This document shows, piece by piece, positions 1-15,326 of a stretch of DNA of 64,000 bases. Source of the stretch: Seison nebaliae (taxonomy: Eukaryota); assembly GCA_023231475.1 (NCBI GenBank), contig JALJEE010000137.1:1-64000 (forward strand), read 5' to 3'. Each line of letters begins with the position of its first letter. Positions within the stretch are counted from its first letter, which is position 1. The notes under the pieces are model-generated. The model saw only the letters and a list, made by a program, of their open reading frames with translations, did no database searches and was not told the DNA's origin. The position numbers and the translations under genes are program-made.

Positions 1-577
1 TGGTAGACATCATTATTTGCCAAAAATGCTGTTTTTTCACGATCATCCGGATGAATCTCTATTTGATAAAATCCATTAAGGAATACCATTTATGCCCAGT
101 GGCTGATTCCAGTAGCTCTTCTGCTCTAGGAAAATAGAATCGAATTGTTTTAGTAATTTGATTGAGTGGGCGAAAGTTGATGTACATTCGATATTTGCCT
201 GTTGATTTCAATACTAAAACAATATTTGAAAGCCATTCACTTGACGATCTGTCGATAATCCCCGATTTTCGAAGTTCTTCACACATATACCCAATAATCT
301 CTTGTTCTTTTTTTAAATATTTTCGAGGACGTTGTGCGATAGGAGAGCATTTACCCGTTTCAATTCGATGTTGTATTGTTGGAGATTCGGTAAATGGTGT
401 AAACATTCCTTGTTTTTCCAATATTAGTCGGACCTGTTGATTATCGACGATTTCTGGTTTAAATATGTAGTCGTTTTGATCACACTCGACGTTATTTGAT
501 TCCTCTTTATATTCTTCCGTTTGAATAATGCTGTTGTTAAGACACATTTCACATTCACAAAGTAGTCTATATTTCAA
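1..577 (-). mobile_element. Degenerate Ty3/Gypsy LTR-retrotransposon pol fragment (reverse transcriptase N-terminal part), frameshifted; runs off the window start
   Basis: The ORF contains HRIETG..PIAQRPRKY, SSSEWLSNIVLVLKSTGKYRMYINFRPLNQIT and FPRAEELL..WYSLMD. In another frame it continues GFYQIEIHPDDREKTAF (about 75-25). These are typical Gypsy RT motifs. Confidence 0.85.
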
Positions 578-1528
578 AGGTTTTCATTATTTTCAATCTT
601 TCAGCAAAATTTTTTCATAAAAAAATCTCGACGGTCTTTAATTCATAAAATTAACTTAAAAATAGCAAATGATTTTGGTAGTGTTTCTGAGGAACATTCT
701 GACCGAAGAAATAGTACAACTTCAATGATGTTTTGAGATATATATTTTTCGTCTGACATATATTGTGAATTATATTATAATAATTATATAACATTCAGTT
801 TTCGAATACTCAAATCAAATTTTTCAAAAGCAGATTTTTCACTATAAACTGCACAAAAACTATTACTTCAGTAACTGATGTTGTAATTAATTTGTACACT
901 GGAGTTTTCAAAGGTGGTGATCTCAATAAACCAAACTACGACTTATAATAATTTACGATTGATTCGAAAATGCAAAAATACCACTTTTAGAAAATACTCA
1001 ATAATTGCTTTATTTTTTAATTTTTTTCCCAATGTAATTCAACATTAAAAAAGATAAAAATTTTAAACCATAAGTTCGAAACATGCCGGAGAGAGAAAAC
1101 TGAACTTTTATCGGAAATGCATTGGATAATGCTTTAAATATTGAAAACTATTATAATACAAAATTTTCTTCATTACCTTACAGAACTTGAATAAAGCTAT
1201 TATCTATAATATAGAGTTATATCATGACTTCTGATATAGTATTTCTATAGTACGAAGATAGATATAGTATCATAACTATAGGATAGAGTCTATATCATGT
1301 TGAAAAAATATTAATTAATCTTAAAAATGTATACAAGTGTAAAGACGAGTCAGAGTTAATAGGTAGAAAACATCCTATTTTCTTGATTTTCTAGACTACA
1401 ATTGTAAGCTAAAAATTAAGAAAAATTTGATGATGAATTAATTACTTGGGATATCACAAGATGTTTAATTATTTTTCATAATTCGTTTCAATTGGCAACG
1501 AAACATTTCTATTCGTAACTAATACCAA

Positions 1529-4500
1529 ATGACGAGTTTGCTCAGGAATAAAGCACATGAAAAAGTGAAAGGGAGTGAAAGTTTAAATTCCTATGGGGCG
1601 AAAGATCTATATGGAATTGCTCTCAAACGAGAATTCCATAAAGTTCGTGGAGCGCTTAATGACACTTCTGTGACTTCTGGATTAGTTCGGCAACAAACTG
1701 TTTGTCAAACACTTCAGCAAATTTATGTGGAATTTAAGTCGACTGTTTTGCCCGATTACTTTTTCTCGATGTTTCTCGATTTCGGTGATTTATTATATTC
1801 GAAGAGAGTTAAAATTTTTAAATTAATTTATTCTATGTTAACCATATTGGATTAAAGGAATATCGAATTGCCTTAACTTATTGTTATGAGATATGTGTGA
1901 AAAATTCTCAGAAAAATTTCCTTCACGCATTTTATGAAGAATTGGAAGAGACGACAAATTACAATTTCCAATCGGATCAATTTCATTCGACAGTTTTAGA
2001 ATTTGAAGAATTAATTTCTGATCCTGAAATTTCGAAATTAGAGGTTTAATCATTCAGAGATTAAAGTAAACTATTAATTTTTTGTTAAAGTTACGAGGAA
2101 TGACAGGTTATATTCTGATGAAATGTTATACTTTGATGGCTTCCGAAACTAGTGAGCTAAATAATGGGAAAAGTCACGGATCTTTTAATAATCTTTATAA
2201 CGACGATATTCGAAAGAAAGTGCTCAATATGATGCAATTATTTCGAATAATAATTGAATTAATATTGAAACAAAATGAAATTTTTCGAGAGTCTTTATGT
2301 TGGCTCATTAATTCGATCGCTTCTCATATTTATGAAATTATCAAATTGTTTATTGATCATGGATATGGTCTAGAATTGTTGAACATGTCAATTTGGATAA
2401 CAATCTCTTTCGGACGATTTATTGTTCATCAAATGCCTGATTATTTTCAATTTATTTCTCAATTACATTGCGTCACTCTTCATCTGTTGATTAAGGATGG
2501 TCAATTGAATGTATCGGAAGTTAGTTGAAATTCATTTATAATTAATTATGAAATTAATAATTAATTAATGATTATTATTAGTTATTTAATTATTTTGAAA
2601 TTAATTTAATCATTCTAGAAATTTCTCACTCGAGGTTATGAACAATTGAAATTGATGTATTCATTGATTGAAGATGAAGATAAATTTTCTTGGTCAATCA
2701 GATTCCGTGAAGCCGTTCTGAGATTGACCGTTTATGATTTTTTGTTAAACTGTTTAAATAATACGCGGAAATCGATACGGATGAGTATGTTGAAGAAACC
2801 GGTAGATAGTAAAGAATTGGGAAGGAATGAAGTTGAGAAAGAATTAGAAAATAAATTACCAGAAGGTGGAAATGCCGCACAATTCATGACATTGATGGTG
2901 GCACTCCAATATTTGTGTGATGGCAATTACAGTTATTTCCAGTCATATGGTTCCGGTTTACCGATATCGAAAGATTCGGAAAGTCAATTACTCATCGATC
3001 AGATGATTGAGGTCGCTATTAATCTGGTGAGAGAGAAAACGTTGAAATTGACGACTGAACGGAGATTATCGTATCGTAAAATTCTACATGTTCAATCTTC
3101 CAATTTGAATGTGTTCAATTTGTCGAATGTTGTACCGAAATTACAGGAGAATAATTTCATTGGAAGTATTTCTCGCTCAAATTTATCGATTCCGATTCTC
3201 GAGGTGATTCTGTTGGCGAAAATCACATTCCGTTTCGAGAATTATAGAAATTTCTTAATTTTGAAATTGTCGATCGTTAATTTTGTGGTTTTATCAAAAA
3301 TGTTACCCACTCAATATATTTATTCATATCTCGATATGTCAATGATTAGTAATGAAGCGGAAATGACAAATGAGTTGGATGAAAACGAATCGTTGTCACA
3401 ATCATTTCCTGATTGTAATAAACAGATTTTGTACAATTTAGTGGAATTGGAATTGTTGAATGAATTAGCAATTTATAAGAAGTGGTTGAAAGATAACAAG
3501 ATGTTACCACAATCAATTTTATCAAATAAATTAGTGACACAAGGTCTATTGGATTTGATGCAGATGGATCTGTCGAAAGATGATAAAAAAATGAAAAAAA
3601 AGATATCAGAAACCACATTATTAAATTCCATCGAAATGATATTAATTCGATTATATAAATTGAATTTATTGAAGAATGAATTCTTCCCGATAATCGATAT
3701 CGATTCGAATTTATTGAAAGATTGTCTACTATTCGTGACGACTAATATTGATACGATTTTAAAGAATCACATTCCAATTCAACAATTGCCTCAAATCGAA
3801 TGGTTTCGATTAATTCCTGATTTGGATGAATGGATAGTTTTATTGGAATTACTCATTTATTTAATGGAAGAAATATCGTTGAGTTCGATAGATATGGAAT
3901 TATATTTGGGAATTACTTCAAGAATTGCACATTTATTTCAAACTCTCCATTTCTTCCATTATACGATGGAAATGAAAGGAAATGAATTGAAGAATATTCT
4001 CAATAAAATTCGAAGTACTCCTATCAATCTCTTCAGTAATACCGTTAATATGACGACATATCAAATATATCATCGTAATTCTCTCACGGCTTTATACAAT
4101 GCTATTGTCAATTTAAATTCATTCAAATTTCAGAATAGTAAATTGGAATATATTTCTTCGAATTTATTTCGTAAATTGAAATTCAACGAATCATATTTGA
4201 CACTGAACGGTAAATTAATTATTAATAATGATGATATTCAAATATATGATATCTTCAACGATATTTCGAACGGATTTGAAGAGAATGATAATTTAGAATC
4301 AAAACTACTCAACATTCTATTATCGTCAAGTTATGTGTGTGATATTTCTTGGCATAAAATATTTATGAATATCGCTCTGCATTTCGACGAATGGAATAAA
4401 GTGAAAAATTCAAAAGAGAAAGAAAAATTTTCAAAATCTGAACCACAATCTCCCAAAGAACGATCGATGTCAATCGCTCCCAAATTGAGTGATGGTGAAG

Positions 4501-7500
4501 GCACAACTAATTTACAAGCGACATCACTTCAATTATTACAAAAAATTGTCAACCAAACAAATGAAATTGTCTACTCTGATAATTTAGCACAACAAATTAA
4601 TGATCGATTCAAATGGGATACGAAAGAGCGAACTCATTTAATTTTAAAGATTCATGAAGAATTCAATACGAAAATAAATTTAAATAATATTTATGAACAA
4701 TACTTCTTAACTCTTTTCACTAACATACTCAAATTACCTGAGGCAAATGAACATCATCAAATCTCTCCTGCAGAGCAAGAAAGTAATCGAATTTCGAACA
4801 TAACTAAATTAACGAAACTTCTTCAACGTCAAATAAAAGCGTCGGGAACTGACAAGAAACTTCAATTAATAATTTATTCGACTTATTTAATTGTGTTGGG
4901 TGAATTGACGAAAAAATATCGTGTTCGAATTGAGAAACATAACGAGCAGATTAAACCGATTCTTGAAAAATTATCGAAATTATTGGAAGCCAGTGAGGAA
5001 GAGGAATGGAATTTATTTCAACATTCTTTCTGTAAATACACGAAGAAATTCGATGTTGTTCGAAACAGTTTCCACGTTCCCATATTGAGAAGTTCGACAA
5101 ATTTCAAATTTTTCATCATTGCTGATTTGCAAGGAACCAAAATGAATTCGACTACACATTATGCTATTTATAATCGAGAAGTCGATTGTGAGGGAGTTCA
5201 CGCCTTAGTCTCCGACGATACATTTAAAGGTTGTGGAGAAATGATACCGATAACCATTCCGACGGTGACTATCCATAACGTGAGACCATATCAACCATAC
5301 GTTCAATCTATTGGATTCTTTTCATTCGAAAATAAGAATCCCATTAACAATCTTTTCAATTGGCCGACAATCTCCATTCCTGCATCTGCCCAATTATCAT
5401 CATTAAAATGTTATTCTCTTATGTGCACGGCTACTTATAAGACGCAGCAATTGAATCACTTCAAACAACCGTATTTAAGGTTATTAGATTACTTTCTTGA
5501 GATTCCCATAAAGAGAAGTTCAAATTATACGTCCCATCTCACAAACCATCAAATTCCATTAAAGTTCCATTTTTTTTATATTCAAATTTTTTTAAAAAAA
5601 TTTTATAAAAAGATGTGATAAATATGTGTTGGGTATAACACCACCATCACTCATACGTTGTTTCATTCGGAATATATTCGAATATGTCGAATTGAGATCG
5701 TTAAGAAATTGCTTGAAACCATATCTCCTTTTCGGCTTACCTCACAATACTCAATCTCATGTTAATTTCAATTCATTAATTTTTTAATTAATTTCCTTCT
5801 AGAAATTAAGATTGACATTAATCGATCATTTATTCTTATCATTCAATCTCGCCACATTCCTCAACGAACAATATTTTATGATTCAACAATTCTTCTATAT
5901 GTATCTACTAATCATTCCTTTCATTCAGAAAGGTAGTGAACATGAGAAAGTGAAGAATGTTATTAATCAAATGATCACCATCTATCTCGTCTTGCCACAA
6001 GGCAAACAATTCTTTAATGTCATTAATAATTATCCGATGACAGAACATTCGTCATATATCGTATCGAATAATTTCGAATCATTAGAGAATTATTTGGATG
6101 CGAAAACGATCAATTCTCGGAATAAAAATTATCTGACCTATTACAACTTTTTCAAAAATTTCACCAACTCTTATCTTTATATGATTAGTATCATCATTAA
6201 ATATTTCATTCGAATTCATCAGAATGAATGGCAATTTTATGCACAATCTGATATGGGCAAACGAATCATCAAAACTTATACGGAAACCATCGATCAATTT
6301 AAATCATTTCTCACTGACGAATATAAATTGATTAGTACACCCGCACCTATCGAAATTATACGATTTGACGTATTAACGTTCTCGAAGGAGATTATCGATT
6401 TTTTCGATTTTTCGAAAAATGAACCGAATATCAATAATTATCGATTGATCATCGCCAATTATGATCCCAATCAAGACAAACCGATGAAGAATATATTGAA
6501 GGAAATTAATAAATTACGACGATCGGGTATTTATTTCCATTTACTTTTGTCCATCTTCCACAAACATTTCCTCAATGATAATATGGATCCATTAAAATCA
6601 TATATTATTTGCATTCTTCATATGTTCAAATTGAAATTCGAAGAGTATTCGAAATTGAATAAAATTGGTAAGCGTTCCCAAATCAATGGGGTGAGCAAGG
6701 AAGATCTGGGGAAGAATATGACGGCTTTCGAAGAAGTATTATCACCAGAATTGATTCCCATCATGAAAATTTTAAATTATCGTACTCCAACTAAAAACGA
6801 CATGACGGCTCTCGGCTTAACGAACGACGATCTCTATATTTTTTTCCACAATCCGGTTTATCCTCCGACGGAAATACGGAACGTCAGTTTGACGAAAGTG
6901 AAAATGCAAAGTATGGCGACGAAATATAAGCAATCGAAAGCGTCATTTGAGAAATTGAGAAAATATGTTCGTCGTCATAAATATCGAAAATTTGCAAGAA
7001 AGATCAACGAGATAAATATGAAAGTTTAAAATTAATTAATATAAAATAATTAATAAAATAAAATTATATAAAAAAATTAAATGTTTCAGTTCAATCTATT
7101 GTTAGCTGATATCGATACGTATTGTTTATTCGCATTAATAAACGGAATGTCGAATTATGAAAATAAATCGAAAGAACAAAACAATTCCATCAATTCAACT
7201 ATTACACCATTTTATTCCACTTTGAACGAGTTAGATAAATTTAATCGATATTTTATATCGATTAATTATTTATTATTTTAATTAAATTTTAAAATTGTTA
7301 GATGTACATTATTGGAGACTTATAAGAATCAATTAATCGATCCGTCATCATCAATCAAATCATCATTATCGACCGATATGGTAATGACGGAGAAGAATGA
7401 AAATTCGACTATAAATATTTTGAGAACGAAATTTGCGGGAAATAATTGGCAAATGTCAGACGCTGCTAAATTCATTCAATTATTATGGAATTCTTTAGGA

Positions 7501-10500
7501 TGTGATGGTGACGTTGTCGATAACGATTTGTCGTTAATTCGAGAACGACCGATAATGAAACCGATCGGTTATGAATGTCGATTGAGTATCTCAGCTGTGA
7601 CAATGGCAGTTTACAATATTTTTAGATGTTACTTGAAAATTTCAGTTCTCAGTTATCGATATAACGATTTCAAACTACTCCAAAATGTTAGTCAGTTGAT
7701 GTTACAAAAGTTTAATTTGATCAGTCAATTGGTGAGTGACTTAACTTTCATCGCTTACAAACCATCGAGTAAGCAAACACCGAAACCGAAACTCCACACA
7801 ATTCTCTTCACATTTAAAGATTTTTTAAATCTAACATGGAAGACTTGGTATTTGACGGCGGATAATTTATGTGATATGCTTTGGAATTTCATTCTCCAAC
7901 TTTATCCGACCGACTCCGACCAACCCATCAATTTCTTTACGACATTAATGAGATTTACAGCTGCTGCACCATTCGGTGAATCGAGTATGTTTAAAGAACC
8001 GTTCGATATCGCCGATAAATTATTCTCAACCGTCACCGACCAAGTGAGTAAATTAGGTGGTTTGACGATGAATAATTTGAATGATGATAATAAAAAACGG
8101 ATTGGATCGAGTAATTTATTTCATAATGAAATGGCAATAATTTATGATATTGATTGGGAAAATTTCATTCATTTCTCACTCTTCACTATTCATCTCCTCC
8201 TCATCAAAAACAAATGGGAACATGTAATTAGTTTAGGACTCAAATTCTCGTTTATTACCAGACAACATTATGATGGAACCGTTTTGCCCATCATCATTCA
8301 TGCACAACAACAGATAAAGAATTTGATATTAATCAATCAAAAATCGTCGAGTGATGGATCGTCTCTAAATATGTACAATTATCTCTACAACGATAGTTTT
8401 CCGTTCATGTTAAGTTATATGGAGAAAATGATGATTTTGGAAGTGTTTCAATTGATGAATCCTCCAAGAGCTCTTATGAGAAAATCACATAAAGTCACAA
8501 AAAACAAAGCGAATAAGCCAAGTGTCGAAGGAGATAACAGTCCCACCAGTTCTTATTATTACGGTTCCAGTTCCGGTCGAACGAAACCATTTTTTCCCAT
8601 TCTCGTCGGTGTTCCCTTGAATAGTAAACCGTTATTAGAACGTCTCAAAATGGTAACTAGTTCATTTGATACCGAATCGATCGACATGTATAAAGATTCA
8701 AATTGTCAATTCCTTCCTTGTCCGTCCCAATTCACCATCATAATCAATGATAATGTTTATTCAAGTGAAAATTTGAAAATAATTTCAACTAAGAAATTGA
8801 ATTGGCGACCAGCCAAAAGTCCGGCGTTAGCATCAATAATGAGAAAATTGTCCATTTGTCGTGAGAGATACAAATTCTATTTAGATCAATATCAATCAAT
8901 GAAACAACAACAACTCGCAAAAAATATAATCGAAGAGAAAACTGCCAAATTTTTAGATGTCGCTTTATCGGCTTATCGTCAGGCGATGGATTGTTTCAAT
9001 AAATCATCGTTAACATTTAGTGGAATAAAATTCCAGATAATGAATGAATTCGCCATTCTGAAGTACCATTCAAAAAAGTATTTGGAAGCGTTACAATTAT
9101 GGAATTTGATTTTGGATCGAATTCTCAATCTATCTAATTCTAGTACAAAATGGTTGTCGTTAGTAGATAATGAGGATGATAAAGAGATAATTATTTTAGT
9201 GGAATGTTATGTGGCAGCCCTTCGACGTAACATGTCGTCGTCGAATATGATAAAAGAGACGAACACTTTCCTCCAATATCTTATCGTTTATGCGATTTTC
9301 GTAGTTTATCATATCGGCCGTTATGGTGGTTCCAATAGTTCCAGTCATTCACTTGAATGTTATTTATTGATTGGGATTATATCAATAATTCTCATTCAAG
9401 AAGAGAATCCTCTTCAACCATCAAATCCCTTATTATATGCGGGGTATAATGTCTTCGATTGTAATCGATCGAAATCTATCGACAAAAATTTAATTGCAAA
9501 TTTAAAAATTTTTAAAAACTTCTCGAAAATAAGTCCTACCAAATTCATTCATATCCTCCTCATCGTCTCCAATCATTTAGTGAATTGTAAATATTTCGAA
9601 CTCGTCTTTCCCATGTTGTCTCTCATCGAATATCTTTCCATTTTCATTACGAGACAAACAAGTATTTATGTTCAATGTCGAATTTTGCGATGTCGAGCCG
9701 CAATCGAATTAAAATTGTTCTCTATCGCTTATGATATTCTCGTACAATTGATGACTCGAAAGAACATTCCACGGGTCATTAAATGGATATCACCCATATC
9801 AATACAAATTTTTAACGATGATCCATCCAAGATTGTCCATGGTCCATTACCATCAATCAATCCGAAATTTCCGTCACTAAAAGATTTGAATTTCGATGAT
9901 AAATTGAAATTTAGTACTCCCTCCAATATTCATGCTTTGGAATTCCTTCTTAGTTGGACGATGCAAATCGAACTGGTCGAAGTGTTGGAATATTATAATT
10001 CGATTGAACTTCAATTATTATTGATCCATTTCCTCATTTCAATTTCCGCTACCATCGTCGATCCTAAATCAACTTCAACGTTTCCTTTTTTTTCATTTCA
10101 TAACAATATCATTAAACTTTCACAGAGATACGGATGATCTTGTCGACCGAACCGACTTGACAATTTCAGCACAAAGAACGTCCAAAATAGGTCAGGATTT
10201 TTTTGAATTTTCTTATTTGAATTTTTCAGGAACGAAAATTAATAAAAAGAGAGAACGCAATTCAAACGACATAACCTTTCTTAAAGATTGTATCATGGAG
10301 AAATGTTTAGTATTAATCACGGCTCAATTGAATATATTTTCTGTGAAACCGACGAAATTCGGGAATTTATTGACGAATTATGTGAACGAGGATCAAGTGC
10401 AGAAAGTGCAAGAACAATATTTATGTTAGTCTGAGATTCGATTGATGAATATGTTGCGATTAAATTTCTACTACTTTTTTAGTTTCCGATACTCCGCCAT

Positions 10501-13500
10501 ATCTACAAAATTGGATCGAGTTTTATTATTATATTCAACTCACGATATATTATGCGCAAATGTATCAGGAATTGTCGATGAATTTCTTCTCACTTCAAAC
10601 TATCAAACGATTGTTGTCCAAATACGACGTTTGTATTCAACAATTAGTTGAGAATGATCCCGATCCGTTTGAATTGAATAAAATGAAAGATACAACAAGT
10701 GAAAATTCTCAATCAATTAAATTTACAAGTATTCCTTGGTATCCTGGGACGGAGAGTGAATTCAATGAGAAAAATGATTTTTATAAATTCTGTTTAATTA
10801 CGAATGGGGAGATGTGGTTGAATCTGAAGACACTCTATATCCGATATAAGATGAACGACCATAAATTTATGGTGAATGAGATGACGGCAAAAAGTTCAGC
10901 TAAACAACTGATGGCCGTCCAACATAATACATTATTCTACTGTAATTCATTCATTGAGAGTGAGGAATCGAAAGAATTATCTCATGGAAAATACAGATTG
11001 CCGATAGTTTATTATTATCGTGCGCGAACTCTCGTCAATACCGGATCGACATCAACGGCATTGACAAGTATTCTTGTTAGTAGAAGAGAAAAATATTTCT
11101 TTAATTATAATTATTTATTTTAATAATATTTAAATAAATTTAATTAATTAGAAAGGGATCGAAATGTTGGAATCAATTAAATTACCATCAATTTATCATC
11201 AACAAATTCTATCGATGTCTTATTTGTTGAAAGTGAATTTGATGACGTTCATTAGTCAATATCAATTATCGATTGTCGAGTCGTATGAGAATCGATTGGA
11301 TGGTTTGAATTATATACCGATAATTAAACAATCATTGAACAAATCATTGAAACTTGAATTATGTTCTGTTAAATTTTTAATTATTTATATATTATTCATA
11401 TGAAATCGCTTAAAGTTAATGGAATATGGGAGAGATGTTAAATTGTATGAGAACAATCAATATTACTTAAGTACACCGTTCACAAACGAGAATGAGATTG
11501 AGAGGTATTGGACGACAATAATCGATCCGTTTTATCATTTAATTCAAACGAAATTGGCGATGGGTCGCTTGAAAATTGGTGAATTTAACAATTTGCCTTT
11601 AAAAGGAATTAAATTACATTTATTATTCGCACAACAATTCGAACATCTCTCCCAAATCTACAAATTGTGGAGACAAATCAATCGATATATGAATGAAACG
11701 GCATCGATACCGTTTCTCATTGAAAGCGAATTTCATTCGTTCACCTGGACACTCTTCTCTTCCATTCTAATAACATTCAATCAATTCGCTTCAATTGATA
11801 AATCAAATAATTCCGAACTCTTAAAAGTGGAAGATAGTGAAGCAATTAAAAGTATCTCTCATTTGACATTGGACGAGGTGATTGAAATTTCGGAGAAATA
11901 TACAAAATTCATTTTAGAGAACTTTCCCGATTACAGTTTTCTTCGAGATATTCAACACAATATCATCGCTTTCTATGTCCGTCTGTACTTCTTTAGTTAA
12001 ATTTTATTTTTCTTCAAATAATTTGAAAGTTCATCGTTCGGATAGGTGAAGAAGAAGAGAAAATGATGTTATTCACTGGAATTGAGAAATATGTAGAGTT
12101 TCTGATCGAATATCAAGAATTGAATTCGCAACGTTCTGAAATTTTTTCGAAAGAAAAAGAATTTTTCAATCGAACTGAATTCGAAATTATGCCCTACTGT
12201 CTATTAGCTAATGTTTACGCTATTTATTATCTTTTTGCACCACAAACGAAATATGCAAATAAAGAAGAACAAGAAGTACTCGTTCATTTACCGGAATTGC
12301 GGAATGTGAATGACGAGAAACCATTTCATTTGTTACAACATCTGAAACTGATAAAAATCAATTTACAAAAGTTATATAGTAAAGAAGAAACAACACCTCA
12401 ATTATTATTAATTGATATTTTGGAATATCTTTTAAATCTCTCACAACATATCACACTGACAAAAACGACCGGAATCGTTCCAGAAAAACATTCGAAATTC
12501 AGAAAAAGTTCCGTTTCTTTTTATTCTTTCTATTTTTCTTCATGAAGTTTAGCTGAAAGGTATATCATTCCCATCGTTCAATCTCCACATTACCATTCAG
12601 TTTGTCTTCAGTTAGAAGATGCACGAAGACTGCACGGTTTTATTTTTTCGTTTTATTATCTATTCTATTATCTTTATCGTCGTAGATGTTCAACTCATGG
12701 CCGCTATAAGTCAGTTAGCTAAGGCTCGTGAAGTAAAACGACAAAAATCGGAAACGAACAAAAAATCAAATCCATCAAATAGTCAAATTACAGGAAGTGC
12801 AACAGCTCCAACCACAACTGAAGGAAAATCGAACAAAACAAAGGTGTCAAGTCGTAAGTCGGGAAAGACGTCGAAAACCAAAAAGAAGAAAGTGAAACCG
12901 AAAGAAAAAATGGACGAAAAATCACAAGTTGGGACAGAAATGAATATTCGAATTCTCGTCACTAGATATATTGTGACATCTCTCGACGTGCTCTCCATAA
13001 TTGGATATAAGAGAAATGATTATCTATCTCTCGTCATTTTAAGATCGACTGATACGAATCATACAGTGGATGTTATACCGATGTTGAAGAAAGATTTGTT
13101 TGCATTGCAAAAACGGTTATCCACCATATTTATTATTAAATTTTTTATTTATTAATTACTACAATTATTATTTTTATCTAGATTAGATAACTTGACGAAA
13201 TTTGTGATATCGGAAGAGACGGAAGATACTATGGAAGTTAAAATTATTTAAATTTGAAAATTTTTCACAATTTTTTTTCATTTTAATCATTATGTGCAGA
13301 ATTGGTGCACTGATTTTTATCATGCAATCGTATTGACGAAATTGGAAGAGAAAGGAAGGAATGATTTACATAAACGATATCAAAAACAAATGAAAAATAT
13401 TCAGGTGTTAAAAACAGAACCATTGGAGTTGACTGAAGCGAATATTAATGAACTGCAACTCATTTTAAATCCGTTATCTGCTTATCTCAATCCGAATATT

Positions 13501-13563
13501 ACGAAAGTTGGACATTGGATCATCAATATTCTGAGTGAAGTGGACGAGTATTTAAAGAAATGA
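1529..13563 (+). CDS. CFAP54: Cilia- and flagella-associated protein 54 (about 18 exons, >3000 aa)
   Basis: Co-linear + strand ORFs join through 17 short GT(T/C)..AG introns. The segments LPDYF..FGDLLYSKR|EYRIALTYCY, GCGEMIP..NVRPYQPY and KWEHVISLGLKFSFITRQHYDGTVLPIIIHAQ resemble remembered CFAP54 sequence. Confidence 0.75.
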
Positions 13564-13686
13564 AATTTATTTGAATGATGAATAACCATTGAATGAAAAT
13601 GAGTAAATCCTTTGGAATAATTCAAATCAATGGAGAAATTGATAGAAATGGAAAAAATTTTAAATGAATTTTCAATAAATTCTTTT

Positions 13687-14619
13687 TCAATCTTCCTTAA
13701 ATAATTCGATAAATTCGTCAGCATCCTTTCTAAAATTAACTAATAAATGATTTCGATGTGCCATGAAATACCTCATTTCAGATGGCCAATAGTGACGTTC
13801 ATAAACGTTTTTCAATATTATATTCGATTGATCCAAAATTGTATTGGCGGTGCTTAATAAGTAGAGAGTGTGATCTAATTTCTTCGTTAATTCATCCATA
13901 AGTTCAGAAGTTTTTTGAATTTTCTTGTACCAATAGAACATATCGATTCGATTTATCGCCACTTTCCTTTCTACTTCGAAGATTTCCATCGAACTTAAAA
14001 CATTCTTCATGTTTTCAACATCGGCATCTTCGATGTCCAGATACTCTTTGAATAATCGAAATAATTTATTAATCTCTTTTCGTTTCTGTCCAAAATGTTG
14101 TAGATCTTTAATGATCGATGGTGATTCTTTATATAAATCGAATAATGGAATTGGATTCCTCTCCAATTCTTCATATTTCTCTAATAAATCGCTTAAGAAA
14201 TGATATACTAAATTTGGTTTTATATCCATTTCCAATAATGCGATATTAATCTCATATCTCTTTTTTCTGATAATGGTCCGATCGTTAAAATCTATAATCT
14301 CCAATAATAATGCGAATAATAAGAACTTAATATATTTCATCAGTTGCGGTCGATATAAATGAAAATTGATCTTGTCATATAAGCTCTTGCAAGAAGAGAA
14401 TGCACTTGCTAATGACTCTTCATTTTTCATTAACAGTTTATGCTTCTTCAATTGTTTCTTGACATCTTTCAAATCTTCCCCAATTGTTTGAGAAAGTATG
14501 CGAATCTGCCATTTACGTAAAGAGAATATATAACTTGTGATTTGATCTTTCAATGCAAGAAATAAGTGATTCAATTCATCAGGTTGACATGAAATTATCG
14601 ACAACTCCAATTTCTCCAT
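13687..14619 (-). CDS. Uncharacterised intronless, helical/coiled-coil-like protein (310 aa)
   Basis: A 933-nt ATG-initiated ORF in very AT-rich DNA, rich in K/E/L. No family recognised. Confidence 0.65.
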   Translation of the reverse strand: MEKLELSIISCQPDELNHLFLALKDQITSYIFSLRKWQIRILSQTIGEDLKDVKKQLKKHKLLMKNEESLASAFSSCKSLYDKINFHLYRPQLMKYIKFLLFALLLEIIDFNDRTIIRKKRYEINIALLEMDIKPNLVYHFLSDLLEKYEELERNPIPLFDLYKESPSIIKDLQHFGQKRKEINKLFRLFKEYLDIEDADVENMKNVLSSMEIFEVERKVAINRIDMFYWYKKIQKTSELMDELTKKLDHTLYLLSTANTILDQSNIILKNVYERHYWPSEMRYFMAHRNHLLVNFRKDADEFIELFKED

Positions 14620-15326
14620 AATTCTAATTATAAGAAATTTTCAGTGTACAATTATCCCAAGTTAATTGTGAATGAAAGTTGTTTGACAACATTTCTCTAA
14701 TTTTATATAACTCTCCTTAATTGTAAATGGAAAAGACAATTGTAATAACCATTGTCTTTCTCATTCTGCACTCGTTTTAAAAGTACAGTAATAAAATTTG
14801 TAATTTTTTTTCATTTTATTTATTTAACTTAACTTTTTTTTATTTATTTTTGTAAATTTATCATCGAGTTATTTCCGGACTATTAATAAAAAAAATAAAA
14901 AATTTCTTACATTTTTCTTCGTAATACGAAGAACAGAATGAAAGACAATTCGAGACCATAAAGTTGACCGATGAGAAATTTAACATTCTCTTAATCTTTC
15001 AAGAAACGTGTATTATTTTTAGAATATAAAGTTAAATTGAATTGTTGAAAAATATTTGAAAGTTGAAAATTTTAGTATTAGATTAGAAAAATTTGAAGTT
15101 TTACTATTTTTTCGTTAATAAAATAATAATATTTATTCTACTACAAATTGAACCAGAATGAATAAGAAAGAAATTTTTAATTCAAATTTGAAGCTCTAAT
15201 TTTCGAATAAAATTTTTAAAATTACGTATGGAAAATTAGCAGATATAACCGATTAGTTCTGATCCATTTTTCGTGTTTGTCATACAATTAACTATTAATC
15301 ATTATCGGCAACTCAAATAGAAGATA

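Noticed and set aside
1200..1300. Short duplicated ATAGAGT(C/T)ATATCATG words as a possible LTR end for the Gypsy fragment
   Set aside because: No primer-binding site, second LTR or target-site duplication could be identified.
1529..13563. Chains of broken ORFs read as pseudogenes, frameshifting or an alternative genetic code
   Set aside because: Every break is explained by a short AT-rich GT..AG intron that restores the frame. Long exons are stop-free under the standard code, and genes end in TAA or TGA.
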